Positions 31,403 to 44,201 of a stretch of 64,000 nt of DNA are shown in pieces. Source of the stretch: an uncultured Bacteroidales bacterium (GTDB lineage Bacteria; Bacteroidota; Bacteroidia; Bacteroidales; VadinHA17); assembly GCA_963818295.1 (NCBI GenBank), contig CAWFRW010000021.1:1794-65793 (forward strand), read 5' to 3'. The first letter of the stretch is position 1. Each line of letters begins with the position of its first letter. The position numbers and the translations under genes were made by a program. The notes beneath the pieces are model-generated. The model was not told the origin of the DNA. It ran no database searches and saw nothing but the letters and a program-made list of their open reading frames with translations.

Positions 31403-34400
31403 ATGCGTCAATTGCTGCTTTGTTTTCTGTTTCTGTTTCTTTCAGTAAGGTTGTATCCACAGGTTCTTCTGAATGAATTCTCATCTTCAAATATCAGCAA
31501 ACTCGCTGATGAGGACGGAGATTTCAGTGACTGGATTGAATTGTACAACTCCTCCTCCTCCGAGATCAATCTTGACGGCTATTTTCTTTCGGATACTGCT
31601 TCCTTTTTAAAAAAATGGATTTTCCCTGCAGTTCAGCTTAATCCATACTCCCACCTTCTCATTTTCGCCTCAGGTAAAAACAGGACGGAGCTTCCTGTAA
31701 CATTATAAGACAATTATATCAAGGGATGCAGAGTGGCGGTATATTGTCCCGGCGTCGGAAACTGGCAATTCATGGAAGAACATTGGTTTCGATGCCTCCT
31801 CATGGAATACGGGATCAGGTGGCTTTGGCTATGGAGACAATGATGATTCAACTGTTTTAAATAATATTACAAGTGTATTTATCCGTAAAGAATTTACAAT
31901 TACAAATCTTCAGAATATTGAGGAACTGGTATTGAGCATTGATTATGATGATGGTTTTGTAGCATATATTAATGGTCATGAAATTGCAAGAAACAACCTG
32001 GGAACGATCTCGCCTGTTCCTTTCAACCAGCTTACAGGAAGCCTCTCGCATGAAGCAACAATGTATCTGGGTGGATTACCTGAGAATTTTTTTGTCAAGA
32101 ATCCACAGACATTTCTTGTTGAAGGAGTAAATGTAATTGCCATCCAGGGTCATAATTCCGATCCGGCATCATCTGATTTCAGTCTTATCCCCATGCTTAC
32201 CATTGGCACGTTCGAATCAGGAGCTGAGGATTCAGTTCCTGATTATATTTCACTGAAGGGAAGAGAATTACATACAAATTTCAAAATCAGTGATGAGGGT
32301 GAGACTCTTATTTTATCGAGGCCTGATTCTTCAGTTGTTGACTCAGTCTCACCTGTTCCATTGCCTGCAGACCTTTCATATGGAAGGCAGCCTGACGGAG
32401 CATGATTCATGGCTCTATTTTGCACTTTCAACACCCGGGACATCAAATATTACAAAAGGTTTTAATACAATCAACAGCGATACAGTTATTTTCTCTGCAG
32501 CAGGCGGTTATTACCCGGGAGGTGTGACTATCGGACTCTCATCAGTCAGGTCTTTCAGATTCAATTTTTTATACTCTCGATGGTTCGGAACCGACTCTGT
32601 TATCCTCAAGATATCTGAGCCCCTTCTTCATTTCAGGCGGAAGTGTTGTCAGAGCGCGGTCAATAAAATCCGACAGGCTTCCGGGTCCGATAACAACCAA
32701 TAGTTATGTAACAAAAAGACATACACTGCCTGTAGTGTGTCTGAGTACTGATCCGGCCAACTTATGGGACTATAATACCGGTATTTATGTACTTGGCCCT
32801 CAATGCATCACCTGACAGCCCAAATTTTGGGGCTAATTTCTGGGAAGACTGGGAAAGAAAAGCGCATCTTGAATTATATGATGTAAACGGCGTCAAGCAG
32901 ATTGATCAGGATATCGGTATAAAAATATTCGGCGCATATTCACGTGCATTTCCTCAGAAATCACTGGCATTGTTTGCAAGGAAGGAATATGGCAAGGGTT
33001 CATTTGACTATAAAGTATTCAGTGATAAGCCAATTGAAAAATTTGAATCACTTATTCTGAGGAATGCAGGGAATGACTGGGGCCAGGCAATGCTGAGAGA
33101 CGGTCTTACATCAACAATTATCAGTGATATGGATGTTGATCGCCAGGCCTATCAACCGGCTGTGATCTATATTAACGGCGAATACTGGGGAATACTTGAT
33201 ATAAGGGAAAAAGTAAATTCAAATTTTCTGGCTGAAAATCATTTTGTAAATCCTGATAATGTAAATCTTCTGGAAGCTCGACGGCAGCAGCGTCCTTGAA
33301 GGCAAAACAGTGGCTACAGCAATCTTATAACTATCTGAACAACAATACTCTTGAAACTGACCAGAAATACAGGCAGGTCAGCAGTAAAATAGACCTGAAC
33401 AGCTATATGCAGTATCAGATGACACAAATCTATGTCAATAACAAAGACTGGCCCGGTAATAATATCAAATTCTGGAATACAAATGAACCCGGAAGTCTGT
33501 GGAGATGGATTATCTATGATACAGATTTCGGGTTCTCAATCTGGGAACCTGAAGCATATGGTTTCAACACTCTCAGGTTTGCCCTGGAACCGAATGGTCC
33601 CGGATGGCCTAATCCGCCATGGGCTACTCTGCTATTCAGACGAATGACATCAAATCAGGCGATTCAGAAATGAATTTTCAAATCAGTTTGCCGACAGGCT
33701 GAATACCAACTTTACCTCAGAAAATGTCAATGGCATAATTGATTCATTAAAACAGGTTTTTCTTCCGGAAATTAATGATCATCTGACCCGCTGGGAATTA
33801 AGCTATGATAACTGGCAGTATAATTATACAAACATAAAAAACTTTGCCACTTTCCGGCCCGATCTATGCAAGGATCCATCTGCGATCTGAATTTAACCTC
33901 GGAAAAACGCTTAAAATTAAAGTTGAAATAGACGATCCCGGAACCGGATATGTGAAGATAAACTCAATTGTTCCTGAAATCATATCCGTTTGACGGCATC
34001 TATTTTAAGGATCTTCCAATCAGGCTCACGGCAATTCCCGCACCAGGCTATAAATTTGTCAAATGGCAGATGGGATCACTAATATCTGATGATATTACAA
34101 TCGAATATTCAATGGCTGAACCCAGGAAGTTTCAAAGCCGTATTTGAGCTGGCCAGAAAGCCCGGATTATAAAATCGTGATTAATGAGATCAATTATAAT
34201 TCATCACCAACAAAAGACACAAAAGACTGGATTGAATTGTATAATGCAGGAAGATCGACTGTTAATCTGAAAAACTGGATAATAAGCGATGGCGGCCCTG
34301 AAACCGGATTTGTCTTCCCTTCAGATTATATCCTGGCGCCGGGAATGTATATAGTTGTATGTCGTGAAATGGCTGCTTTCAGACTTTTCTGGCCAAGGAT

Positions 34401-34952
34401 AACGAATACTGCCGGGGATCTTGAATTTGGTCTCAGCAGTTCAGGCGATGATGTAAACCTTTATGATCCGGATAGAAATCTTATTGATTTTGTACGATTT
34501 AGCACCACTGCTCCCTGGCCAGCTGATGCAAATGGTACTGGTTTATCAATTGAGCTGAGGGATCCTTTATCTGATAATAACATTGGACAAAACTGGAAAT
34601 CAGGCCCGAGAGGTGGCACACCCGGAACAATTAATTTCCAGACTGTTCCGTCTGATCCAACAGACGGTTCAACAGACGGATACTGCAGTCTTACCTGCTA
34701 TCCAAATCCTTTCAGGGATTATACAACAGTGAGGCTTGAAGTGACAGAAGCAGGACGATACAGGATTGAAATATTCGATATACAGGGCAAACCTGTAAGA
34801 ATTCTTGCTGACCAGAGTATTGAATCAGGTGATTATTACATTGACTGGGATGGCACTTCAAATAATAATTCCCCATGCCTGGCGGTGTATATATTATCAG
34901 ATTATCCGGTGAAAAGCAACATTTAAGCACCAAAGCAATATTCCTGAAATAA
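31403..34952 (+). pseudogene. CotH-family kinase-like protein with N- and C-terminal LTD domains and a T9SS C-terminal sorting domain; many frame breaks
   Basis: N-terminal LTD (VLLNEFSSSNISKLADEDGDFSDWIELYN). CotH core (ORFs 32787..33299 and 33296..33673: NFWEDWERKAHLELYD, LRNAGNDW, INGEYWGILDIREKV, NNKDWPGNNIKFW). Second LTD (34144..: IVINEINYNSSPTKDTKDWIELYN). T9SS tail (CYPNPF...; the alternative frame ends GVYIIRLSGEKQHLSTKAIFLK, stop 34950-34952). Confidence 0.8.
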
Positions 34953-35075
34953 AATTTCTCAATTCAATTTAAGATCCTCACCGGCACATAGCTGTTAATA
35001 ATTATTTCTGTAAGATATCTGACCATTTGAACAAATTGGTCAGACGGAATGTTATCTTTGCAGCTTTTTAAAGAA

Positions 35076-35730
35076 ATGGATAACTCAGGAATACTATACT
35101 GAAAAAGGAGCTAAAGGAGCAGCTGATAATCGAAGCGGCCCAGAAGCGGTTTGGCTGTTTGGAATTGAGAAAACTTCAATGCGGGAGATAGCAGAAGATC
35201 TGAATCTTATCAAAGGCTTCGCTGTACTACTATTTTCCTGACAAGGAGAGTCTGTACAGGGCTGTAGTTGAAAAGGAACAGGCTGAGTTTCTTGAAAGGA
35301 TCATGGAAAGGATTACAAGCATCAAAGAGGCAGATCAGTCTGCTGCGGGAATATGCACATGCACGTCTCTCCTATTTTCGCACATTACTTGAATCTAAGC
35401 AGGTTAAGACTTAAGATTCTATTCAGATCTGAAACCAGTTCTGAAAGATACGATGCATGGCTTTCAGGGAAAAGGAAAAAGAAATCATTGTAAAGATTAT
35501 TGAGAAAGGAATAGAGGATGGGATGTTTCTATTACAATGATGCTGACAAGGCTGCTTCGCTTTTTCTTGACTGCTGAAAGGTCTGCAGAATATCAGTATT
35601 TTAAACGATAAAATATCGCTTGGTACTTGACCAGCAGGAATATGACAGGTTTCTTGATAAGACAAATGCAGTTACAGAAATTTTTATCAGGGGATTGAAG
35701 TATAGATTCATTAATCAGATCAAAAAATAA
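35076..35730 (+). pseudogene. TetR/AcrR-family transcriptional regulator; multiple frame breaks
   Basis: My translation gives the HTH region GIEKTSMREIAEDLNLIKG, then SLYYYFPDKESLYRAVVEKEQAEFLERI. Later segments are scattered over three frames. Confidence 0.6.
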
Positions 35731-35757
35731 TTTATAAAATAAATTTCACAGAATTTT

Positions 35758-36778
35758 ATGAAAGCAGAATCAAAAGAACAACAAGTTAAGGGTATATATT
35801 CCACTGGCATGTAGTCATTATCTCGGTACTGGCAGGTGCATGGTACTGGTACAACGATTATACAAGATATATTACTACCGATGATGCACATGTGGATGCT
35901 GACAACGTAAGCATCGGTTCAAAGATATTAGGTCGTATATCTGCCATATATGGCAATGAAGGTGATTTTGTGACAAGCAGGGATCGCTTCTTGCGGATCT
36001 TGACAGCTACCGATCTGATCTCACAGAGGAACCAGTCACTGGACACTTACAAGCCCAGGCAATGGCCAACCTGGTTCAGTCTGAAGCAAAATACAGCTCG
36101 GACCAGAAAAGCATTAAAGTTCTGGAGATCAGTCTTGAACGGGCATACCGAGGATCTGAACAGGGCAAAAAGTCAATCTGAGGGAGGTGTAATAACAGCC
36201 GAGCAGTTCGATCACATTAAAAAAGGCATATGAAACGGCATCTGCGCAGCTCGAGGCGGCCAAAGCCCAGCTGACAGTTTCAAAATCGATGATATCAACC
36301 GCAGCAGCTGCTGTTGAAACAGCCGGAGCACAGGTAAAAGTTCTTGACACTCAGCTTAAAAACACAAGGTTATACGCTCCGTTCAGACGGCAGTTATTGC
36401 AAAAAGATGGCTGCTTCCGGGTGATGTTGTCCAGCCAGGTCAGTCAGTGCTTACACTTACAATAAGCAAAAATCTCTGGATAGTTGCGTTCCTTGAAGAG
36501 ACAAAAATTTCGCGATATAAGCCAGGGACAGGATGTGCAATATTTACGATTGATGCTTTCGACGGTGTAAAGTTCAGTGGAAAGTTTTTCTGGTAGGTTC
36601 GACTACGGCTTCTGTATTTTCACTAATTCCTGCAAATAATGCTTCAGGTAATTTCACAAAGGTTACTCAGAGAATTCCGGTAAGGATCTCAATTGACAGT
36701 GCAGATAATAATAAGGATATTTCATCATTCAATATCCTTTCAGGCATGTCGGCTGTTGTCAAGATTATCAGAAAATAG
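35758..36778 (+). pseudogene. HlyD/EmrA-family membrane fusion protein; multiple frame breaks
   Basis: Contains YITTDDAHVDADNVSIGSKILGRISAIYGNEGDFV (ORF 35892..), coiled-coil segments, ...QRIPVRISIDS... and GMSAVVKIIRK with the stop at 36776-36778. Confidence 0.7.
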
Positions 36779-36779
36779 A

Positions 36780-38409
36780 ATGGAAAGACGAAGAACTCCA
36801 TCTCACCGGATCAGGAGGATGGTAAGGGGCAGCAATTCGGCATTTCATCCAAGCCATTTGTCATACAAATGGTTTCTGCTGGCAAATATTATGCTCGGAA
36901 CATTTATGGCAGTTCTTGATGCAACAATTGTGAATGTCGGATTGCCAAAAATCATGGCATCATTTGGTGTCGGACTGGATAAGATCGAATGGGTTATTAC
37001 AGCATATATGCTTGCGATGGCTGTAATGCTTCCGACATCGGGCTGGCTTGCCGACAAATTTGGATTCAAGCGGATGTACTTTCTTGGTCTTATTCCTTTT
37101 CACCTTCGGATCAATGCTTGTGCGGAATGTCATCAAATGAAGACATGCTTATCGTCGCACGGATTATTCAGGGGCTTGGTGCGGGAACAATACAGCCGCT
37201 TGGAATGGCAATTATCACGCGTGAATTTCCGCCAAACCAGCGAGGAATTGCTCTTGGATTCTGGGCCATTGCTGCAGCAGCATCAGTATCGTTCGGACCG
37301 CTGATCGGAGGATTTCTGATCGACAGTTTCAGCTGGCAGCTGATTTTTGATGTCAACATCCCATTTGGAATTCTGGCGATGTTATTCACCATAATCATTC
37401 AGAGCGAATACAAAAGCAAAAAAAGAAGAAAATTCGATATTGTGGGTTTTATATCAGTCACAATTTTTCTTCCTCTTACACTTTATGCACTTTCAGAGGG
37501 AAATGCAGCAACAAATTCAGCAGGATGGCATGCACCATATATTCTTGCCTGCGCAGCTATTGCTCTTATTGCATTTGCTGTGTTTATAACTGCTGAACTA
37601 ACTGTTAAAGAACCACTTCTGGACCTGAGACTTCTGAAGAACCATAATTTCGGCATATCAAACATTATCCTGATAATTTTCAGTATCGGCATGTTCGGCA
37701 GCACTTTCTGATGCCTGTATATCTTCAGAATTCATTGGGTTATACAGCACTGCAGGCAGGATCTGTTTTCCTTCCTGTAGGGATAATTCAGGGAATCATT
37801 GCTCCTATCTCAGGCAGGAATCTCAGACAAGATGAATCCAAAACTGCCAATTTTTACAGGTGTCATTATTACTTGCATTCAGTTTTTACCTGAATTCCAA
37901 ACTGTCATTCCTTACTGAGCTGAACTCCATTATGATCTCACTGTATATCAGAGGTTTGGCTATGGGATTGATGTTTACTGCACTAAGCACAATTTCGCTT
38001 CTGGAAATATCACGGAAAAGATGGCTCAGGCATCTGCAATCACGAATTCGATACAGGCAGCTTGGAGGAAGCCTTGGCGTTGCAATGCTTGCTACATTAC
38101 TTGACCACCAGAGCCAGCTTTCACAGCCAGGTATTCGGAGGAGCTATGAAACCGGGTTCTGAAACATATCAGAATACATATAAATAATCTGAAGTATCAT
38201 CTTCAGAATGACTCCGGAAGCTCTCCTGCAAATGCAGCAAGACAAAGCCAGGTCCTCATGTATTCCAACATAAACAGGCAGGCTTTATAGAGGGTGTCAA
38301 TGATGATTTTCTGATCGCAGGCATTATAACCCTTATCGGAGGAATTCCAATAATCTTTCTTCACACAAAAAAATCAAAAATTCAAAATCTTCCTGCAAAT
38401 GAAAATTAA
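36780..38409 (+). pseudogene. DHA2-family MFS efflux transporter (EmrB-like); multiple frame breaks
   Basis: Contains LGTFMAVLDATIVNVGLPKIMASFG, TSGWLADKFGFKRMYF, IIQGLGAGTIQP and 14-TM-type continuation in ORFs 36693.., 36989.., 37711.. and 37860... Confidence 0.8.
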
Positions 38410-39751
38410 ATTCAATTTCAGACTCATACCCGATGATTCTTATACTGGGCATCCTGTTTAACAGTACATAGTTTACCGGTCAGCGTGCCGGTAGCTGACA
38501 GAAGGTATGCAGTCAACAGATTCACTGTCGCTTAAATACATTATACGAACGTGTTGTATCAACTTATCCGACTGTAAAGGTTGCAGAAGAAGCAATCAAT
38601 AATGCAGATGCCAGGATAGGGCTTGCACGAACAGGTTACAATCCTGAGTTTGATCTGACAGCTGCATTCTCAAATCTTGGTCCTGTAACAAAACTTTCGA
38701 TTCCGGATATGGGAACCTTTCAGCTTTATCCTGAAAACAATTATTCTGCAGGGGTAAATGTGCGACAGACAGTTTACGATTTTGGAAGAACCAGGAAGAA
38801 TGTATCTCTTGAAAGTGAAAATAAATCAATTTCAGTCCAGTCACTGGAACAGGTAAAACAGAGGCTTTCAGCTCTTGCTGTAAGTAATTTCTATACCCTC
38901 GCGTTTTCTGCAGGCAGCAATTAAGATCAAACAGGAAGAGCTCGATGCCCTAAAAGAACATCTAAGCTATGTTGAAAAAAAGATGGCCACTGGTTCTTCA
39001 ACTGAATATGAGGTTCTTACAACAAAGGTCAGAATATCGGCTGTTGAGAGCCAGGAAGTTGACCTGAATGCGGCTTTGACAAATCAGCAATCGGTTTTAA
39101 ACTCACTGCTTGGGAATGATCAGTCGGCAAGTCCGGTGGTAAAAACCGAGCTAGCCGCTGATATTCCGGCAATACCGGCAGATTCATTACTCTCCTATGC
39201 ATATCAGAACCGGGATGAGATGCTTATCAATAAAAGGAGGACAAATGCAGCTGAGATGAGATATGAGATTGCCAGTCTTCAGAATAAACCGATGGTTAAT
39301 TTACTTGCCACCGGTGGTGCAAAAAACGGATATATACCAGATCTTTACAAAATCACTCCAAATTATGTTGTAGGTCTTGGTGTAAGAATTCCGATATATG
39401 ACGGATCAAAAACCAAATACAACCGGATGCAGGCAAAATCCGCAATCACATCTATCTCATATGAATCGGAGTATACAAAACGAAACATTTCTACCGAACT
39501 GAGTGAAGCTGAAACATATATGTTTTCTGCAGGTAAAAAGGTAAGTCAGTATGAACTGCAGCTCGAACAGGCAATAAAGAGCATATTCGCTGGCAGAAAC
39601 AAGCTTCAGATCAGGATCAATAACAAACCTCGATCTGCTTGATTCCAACACTTCTGTTTCAGAAAGCAGGCTGCTACTGCTAAAAGCAAGAATTGATTAT
39701 GCAGCAAGCGTATACAAACTTAAAGCTGCAATGGGGGAAAGACTATACTGA
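38399..39751 (+). pseudogene. TolC-family outer-membrane efflux protein; multiple frame breaks
   Basis: The ATG overlaps the MFS stop. ORFs 38709..38924 and 38983..39642 show the TolC repeat pattern (YPENNYSAGVNVRQTVYDFGRT, NGYIPDLYKITPNYVVGLGVRIPIYDG). Confidence 0.75.
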
Positions 39752-39781
39752 TAAAATCAGGTTAAAGGCATTCAGTCAGAT

Positions 39782-41114
39782 CCGAGATTAAGATCATGAC
39801 CCGGACCTGATATTACAAGCGCTGCTCCAAGGGCAGATGCATTCCCTATTTCAGAAGTCCAGACCTTCTTGTGATGCAAATTTCTCCTTTATGAGCCGGA
39901 TAAACAGTTTATTACTTGAAAATCCTCCGGTTATGTAGATATTTGAAGTATCATCATTTTCAGGGAGGATAAGATTTATTGATTCAATTGTATAATCGCA
40001 CAAGTTCAATCATCAGCTGGTGATATGCCTCCTCGTAGGTTGTAAATTCATACATATCTATCGAATCATTCAGATCCCGGATGAAGGAATATGGTTTAAA
40101 AAAGATCTTCCTCTCACCGTATTTTGCTTTCATTGCACTCAGCAAATCGTTGTCAGACTTTACTTTTTTAAAATAATCCTCCGGCTTTCCAAAATGTTCC
40201 GATATCTGTTTTGCAGCTGTTTCATGAAGATGCCCAAGCCAGAACCTGGATGATTTTACAGGTTGTCGTGTTATACTCATATAGCAGAGACAATCCCTGT
40301 CAAGCTGTTCAGCAGTAAGTATTTCAGTATTGAATGGATTCATATTTATGCACCAGGTTCCTGTTGACAGCAGAAGGAATTTTCCATTTCCTGCTGAGAA
40401 ATATGGAGCCAGAGAGGCAGAACTGTCGTGTATCCCTATTCCGACCAGAATTTTTTTCCCTTCGATCACAACTTCATTGACTGTATCAACCGGGACAGGT
40501 TCAGGAAATTCAAGTCCATAAGCCTCAATCCATGGATGATATTTCATGTTGTCGAAATCCCATAAGCCTGTATGGCAGCCTATTGAAGTGTGCTCTGAAT
40601 AGATCTTACCTGTCAGTGTATATGAGAGGTACTGAGGAAAATGAAGTATATGCCTTATTTTTGCAAAGATCTCAGGTTTTTCGGCTTTAAGCCAGAGAGG
40701 CTGCAATCCTGAATTGAGCATTCCAAGAGCCGGAGAAGCTGTTCGTCTGCAAAACTCATCCCTCCCGCCATATTTTTTGTAAAGGTTTTCAGAAATCCTT
40801 TCCTCCATTGGTTTCAGATAGTTGTAAACCGGAGTAAGTCTCTTGCCATCGTCATCCAGATAGACAACTGTGGCACCATACGTTGTAAAATTGACTGCTT
40901 TAAGGTCGTACTTATCAGAATTCACAAGCTCTTCGACTGATTCTTTTATCCAGCTCTCGATCAGCTCAATATCATCACATTCGAATCCATCATCATCTTT
41001 GATTTCGGCAAATCTCTGTTCTGTCTCAGCAACTATTCTGAACTCAGAATTGAAAAGAAGTAGTTTCTTATTTGTCTTTCCGATATCAAAAATGGCGATA
41101 ACTGTCTCTTTCAT
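39782..41114 (-). pseudogene. FGGY-family carbohydrate kinase, probably rhamnulokinase; frame breaks in the C-terminal part
   Basis: ORF 39984..41114 (IAIFDIGKTNKKLLLF...). My translation below 39984 continues in another frame with IYITGGFSSNKLFIRLIKEKF, then EIGNASALGAALV. It lies in the rha locus. Confidence 0.7.
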
Positions 41115-41151
41115 ATTATATAAAGCAAGTTTTTCTGATTAATTAGCAGGA

Positions 41152-41296
41152 GCTGTTGAAATAGTTCTTTTTTAGCCTCCACTCATGATAACTTCCTGGA
41201 TTTCAATAAGTCCTCCTTCGCCTTCGCGTAGCCGCTTCAGCGGAGCAAGGCTTGGGGATTTAGGGGTAAGCCAGAAGAGATGACTTTTTCAACAGC
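41152..41296. repeat. Inverted-repeat-bounded GC-rich element inside the rha operon spacer
   Basis: GCTGTTGAAA (41152-41161) and its exact complement TTTCAACAGC (41287-41296) flank 125 nt. That 125 nt contains CCTCCTTCGCCTTCGCGTAGCCGCTTCAGCGGAGCAAGGCTTGGGG. Confidence 0.4.
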
Positions 41297-41316
41297 CCTT
41301 AACAATTATTAAATAT

Positions 41317-42581
41317 TTATCTCTTTAGAAGCACCTCTTTTTCGTATTTTACTATCTCGCTTATATAATCTTCTCCTACCGGCACATTGTTTTTCAGACA
41401 GTAATAATCCCAGACAGCTCCGAATGGTTTTGATTTAAGCAGTTCAAGTAATGCAAGCCTTTCAAAATTCTTACCCTCTTCTTCATATTTCACAAGTGTT
41501 TTATACGGTTCAAGCAGTGCATACATAAATGCCATCTGTGCAGAGCGTGTACCAATAACATAAGCGCCTATCCGGTTCAGGCTTGCATCAAAGAAGTCGA
41601 GACCGACACTTACCCTTCCAAGAGCCTTGCAACGGACAATTTCCTGGACAATAAGCAACAATTCATCATTGAAAGTAAGTACATGGTCGCTGTCCCAGCG
41701 TACACCACGGGTCAGATGAAGAAGTATTTCATCAACATAGAGAAGAATGGAAGATATTTTGTCACCTACCTGTTCAGTCGGATGAAAATGTCCATTATCA
41801 AGGGTAATCATTGTATTGTTCTGAAGTGCATATCCAAGATAGAAATCATGTGATCCAACAACCATTGATTCTGAGCCGATTCCAAAAAGTTTGCTCTCAA
41901 CAGAATCCTTAAGATATTTTTTGGATATTTCACAGCAAAGATCTCATCGAGTGATTTTTTAAGCTGTTTTCTGAGTGTATTTCTGTCAACAGGAGTATCT
42001 TTTGAACCATCGGGTATCCAGATATTATGAACAGCAGGTGTACCCAGCTGTTTACCCATTTCTGCTCCAATTGCCCTGCATCTTTTTGTATGTTCAACCC
42101 AGAATTTTCTTATCTTTTCATTTTTACTTGAAAGTGTAAAACCATCATCAGCATATGGATGTGAGAAACAGGTGCAGTTAAAGTCGAGACCTATTCCTCT
42201 CTTTTTTGCCCAGTCGATCCAGCCCTGAAAATGTTTTGCTTCAATCTGGTCACGGTCAACCAGTTTGCCTTCAAATTCACCATAAATGGCATGAAGGTTC
42301 AGTCTTTGTTTTCCCGGAAGAAGCGACATTACCTTATCCAGATCGGCTCTCATCTGTTCAATTGTCTTTGCTTTTCCGGGGAAATTACCTGTAACCTGAA
42401 TGCCTCCACCACCAAGTTCTGCTCCGGGTTTTTCAAAACCACCAACATCATCTGTCTGCCAGCAGTGAAGGCTGATATTTACTTTCTCCATTTCAGCAAT
42501 TACCTTGTCGGTATCAACTCCAAGAGCAGCATATTGTTCTTTTGCAAGCTTATATGACTTTTCAATAACTTCTTTTTTCAT
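41317..42581 (-). pseudogene. rhaA: L-rhamnose isomerase; one frame break near 41830
   Basis: ORFs 41808..42581 (...ISLHCWQTDDVGGFE...) and 41317..41865 are colinear with RhaA. Confidence 0.9.
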
Positions 42582-42716
42582 GATTCAATCTTGATTTATA
42601 TTATACTAAAATTCAGTTTCTTAATTATATTTTCCATCCTCTGCAGCCTGTCTCCTTCCTTCGGTTGCAGAAGCAAAACACTGATTTGCCATCGTGCAAA
42701 TGTTTAAAGCCAGGCC

Positions 42717-43039
42717 CTATTCCATATAAAATACCTGTTCCAGCGGAATTGTGACAGGTGAATTATCAGGATTTGTTTCCATTATGTCGGCCATATATTT
42801 CCACCATTTTTTTACAATTTCTGTCTGTCCCAAGGTCCTGTGAGGAACTTGCGCCTGACTGTTCCTGGTAGGCAAATAAGTGTATTTGTCTCCTCATCAA
42901 GAAAAATAGAATAATTGCAAATACCTTCATTTTTGAGAAGCCTCACAAGTTCCGGCCATATCTCACTATGTCGTTTTCTGTATTCCTCTTTGAATCCGGG
43001 ATACATTTTCATTTTAAAACCAAATCTTTTTGTTTCCAT
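42717..43039 (-). pseudogene. rhaM: L-rhamnose mutarotase; one frame break
   Basis: ORF 42812..43039 gives [51 protein letters not shown]. It continues out of frame with FAYQE...KKWWKYMADIMETNPDNSPVTIPLEQVFYME stop. Confidence 0.8.
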
Positions 43040-43045
43040 ATCTAT

Positions 43046-44078
43046 TTAGCCTAATTTAACTACAAATGTTGAAAGAATAAGTATAAAAATGCCAAGGATC
43101 AGGACAATGATTGTTTTCCTCTTGACACCTTTCCATTCATTCAGGAAAATTCCCCAGATATTGCTTATTGCAATATTGAGAGCCATCAGTATGCTCCATC
43201 CGAAGACTGCCATGCTCTGCAGGCAATTTGCTTGAGCCCATTCCGAAGAAATGAAACTGAAGGAACCAGAGAAATCCTGCCAGGAAGGTAAAAAACAGAT
43301 TGTTCAGCAGAACGCTTCCTGAAACAGTATAATAATCCTTGTATGTTTTATTCTTTATATTAAGATAACCGCAATAGACCAGATTGGTAACAAATCCTCC
43401 AAGAAGAATAAATATCAGTGATGGATTTTTCTGGAAAAGAGGATTGGTACCATGAGCCAGAGCAACAGCTTCAATTGGTTTTCCTGATTCAAAGCCAAAA
43501 TTAAAGCAGGCACTCATCACACCGGCAAATATTGCAATCAGTATTCCTTTCTTAAGTGCAAATTCCTTTACAGCAGCTCTCTTTTCCTCTTCAGTCATCT
43601 CACCGCTTTTAAGTGCACCTGCATATCCTATTACTGCAATTCCTGCAACAGCAATTGATACTCCAACAATTGTAAGTATTCCTGCATGTTGTGGACAAAA
43701 AGATTTTCACCTGCAATTACCGGCGGTATCAGTGTTCCGAATGCAGCACACAGTCCAAGGGCAATACTCTGACCAAGAGCGACTCCCAGATATCTTATGC
43801 TCAGATCCGAATGTCAGTCCTCCGAATCCCCATAGAACTCCAAAAAACATTGCCATAAGCTTTGCTGACAGAGGTGCTTCATTTATTATCGGTAAAAGTT
43901 CTCCTTGGGGAACAAAAATATAGGCAAACAATATGGGTGCTATTAGCCAGGCAGCAACTCCCTGGCTTAGCCAGTATGATTCCCATGCCCATGATTTGAC
44001 TTTTTTAAATGGCACATAAAAACTGGCTGCACCAATACTTCCGAGTGCTATTAACAAGATACCTGCAAGTGGATTCAT
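43046..44078 (-). pseudogene. rhaT: L-rhamnose/H+ symporter; several frame breaks
   Basis: MNPLAGILLIALGSIGAASFYVPFKKVKSWAWESYW matches the RhaT N-terminus. ORF 43137..43598 covers the C-terminal half (LWFLQFHFFGMG). Confidence 0.8.
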
Positions 44079-44201
44079 TTTTTTAATTATTAGACTGAAT
44101 CGCAATTTAAGAACTTTCAGTAATGAAATTCAAATTTTCATCATTTTTTTATTCAGACATTTTTTTTAATCTTGATGAATATTTCTTAAACCAAATAAAC
44201 T

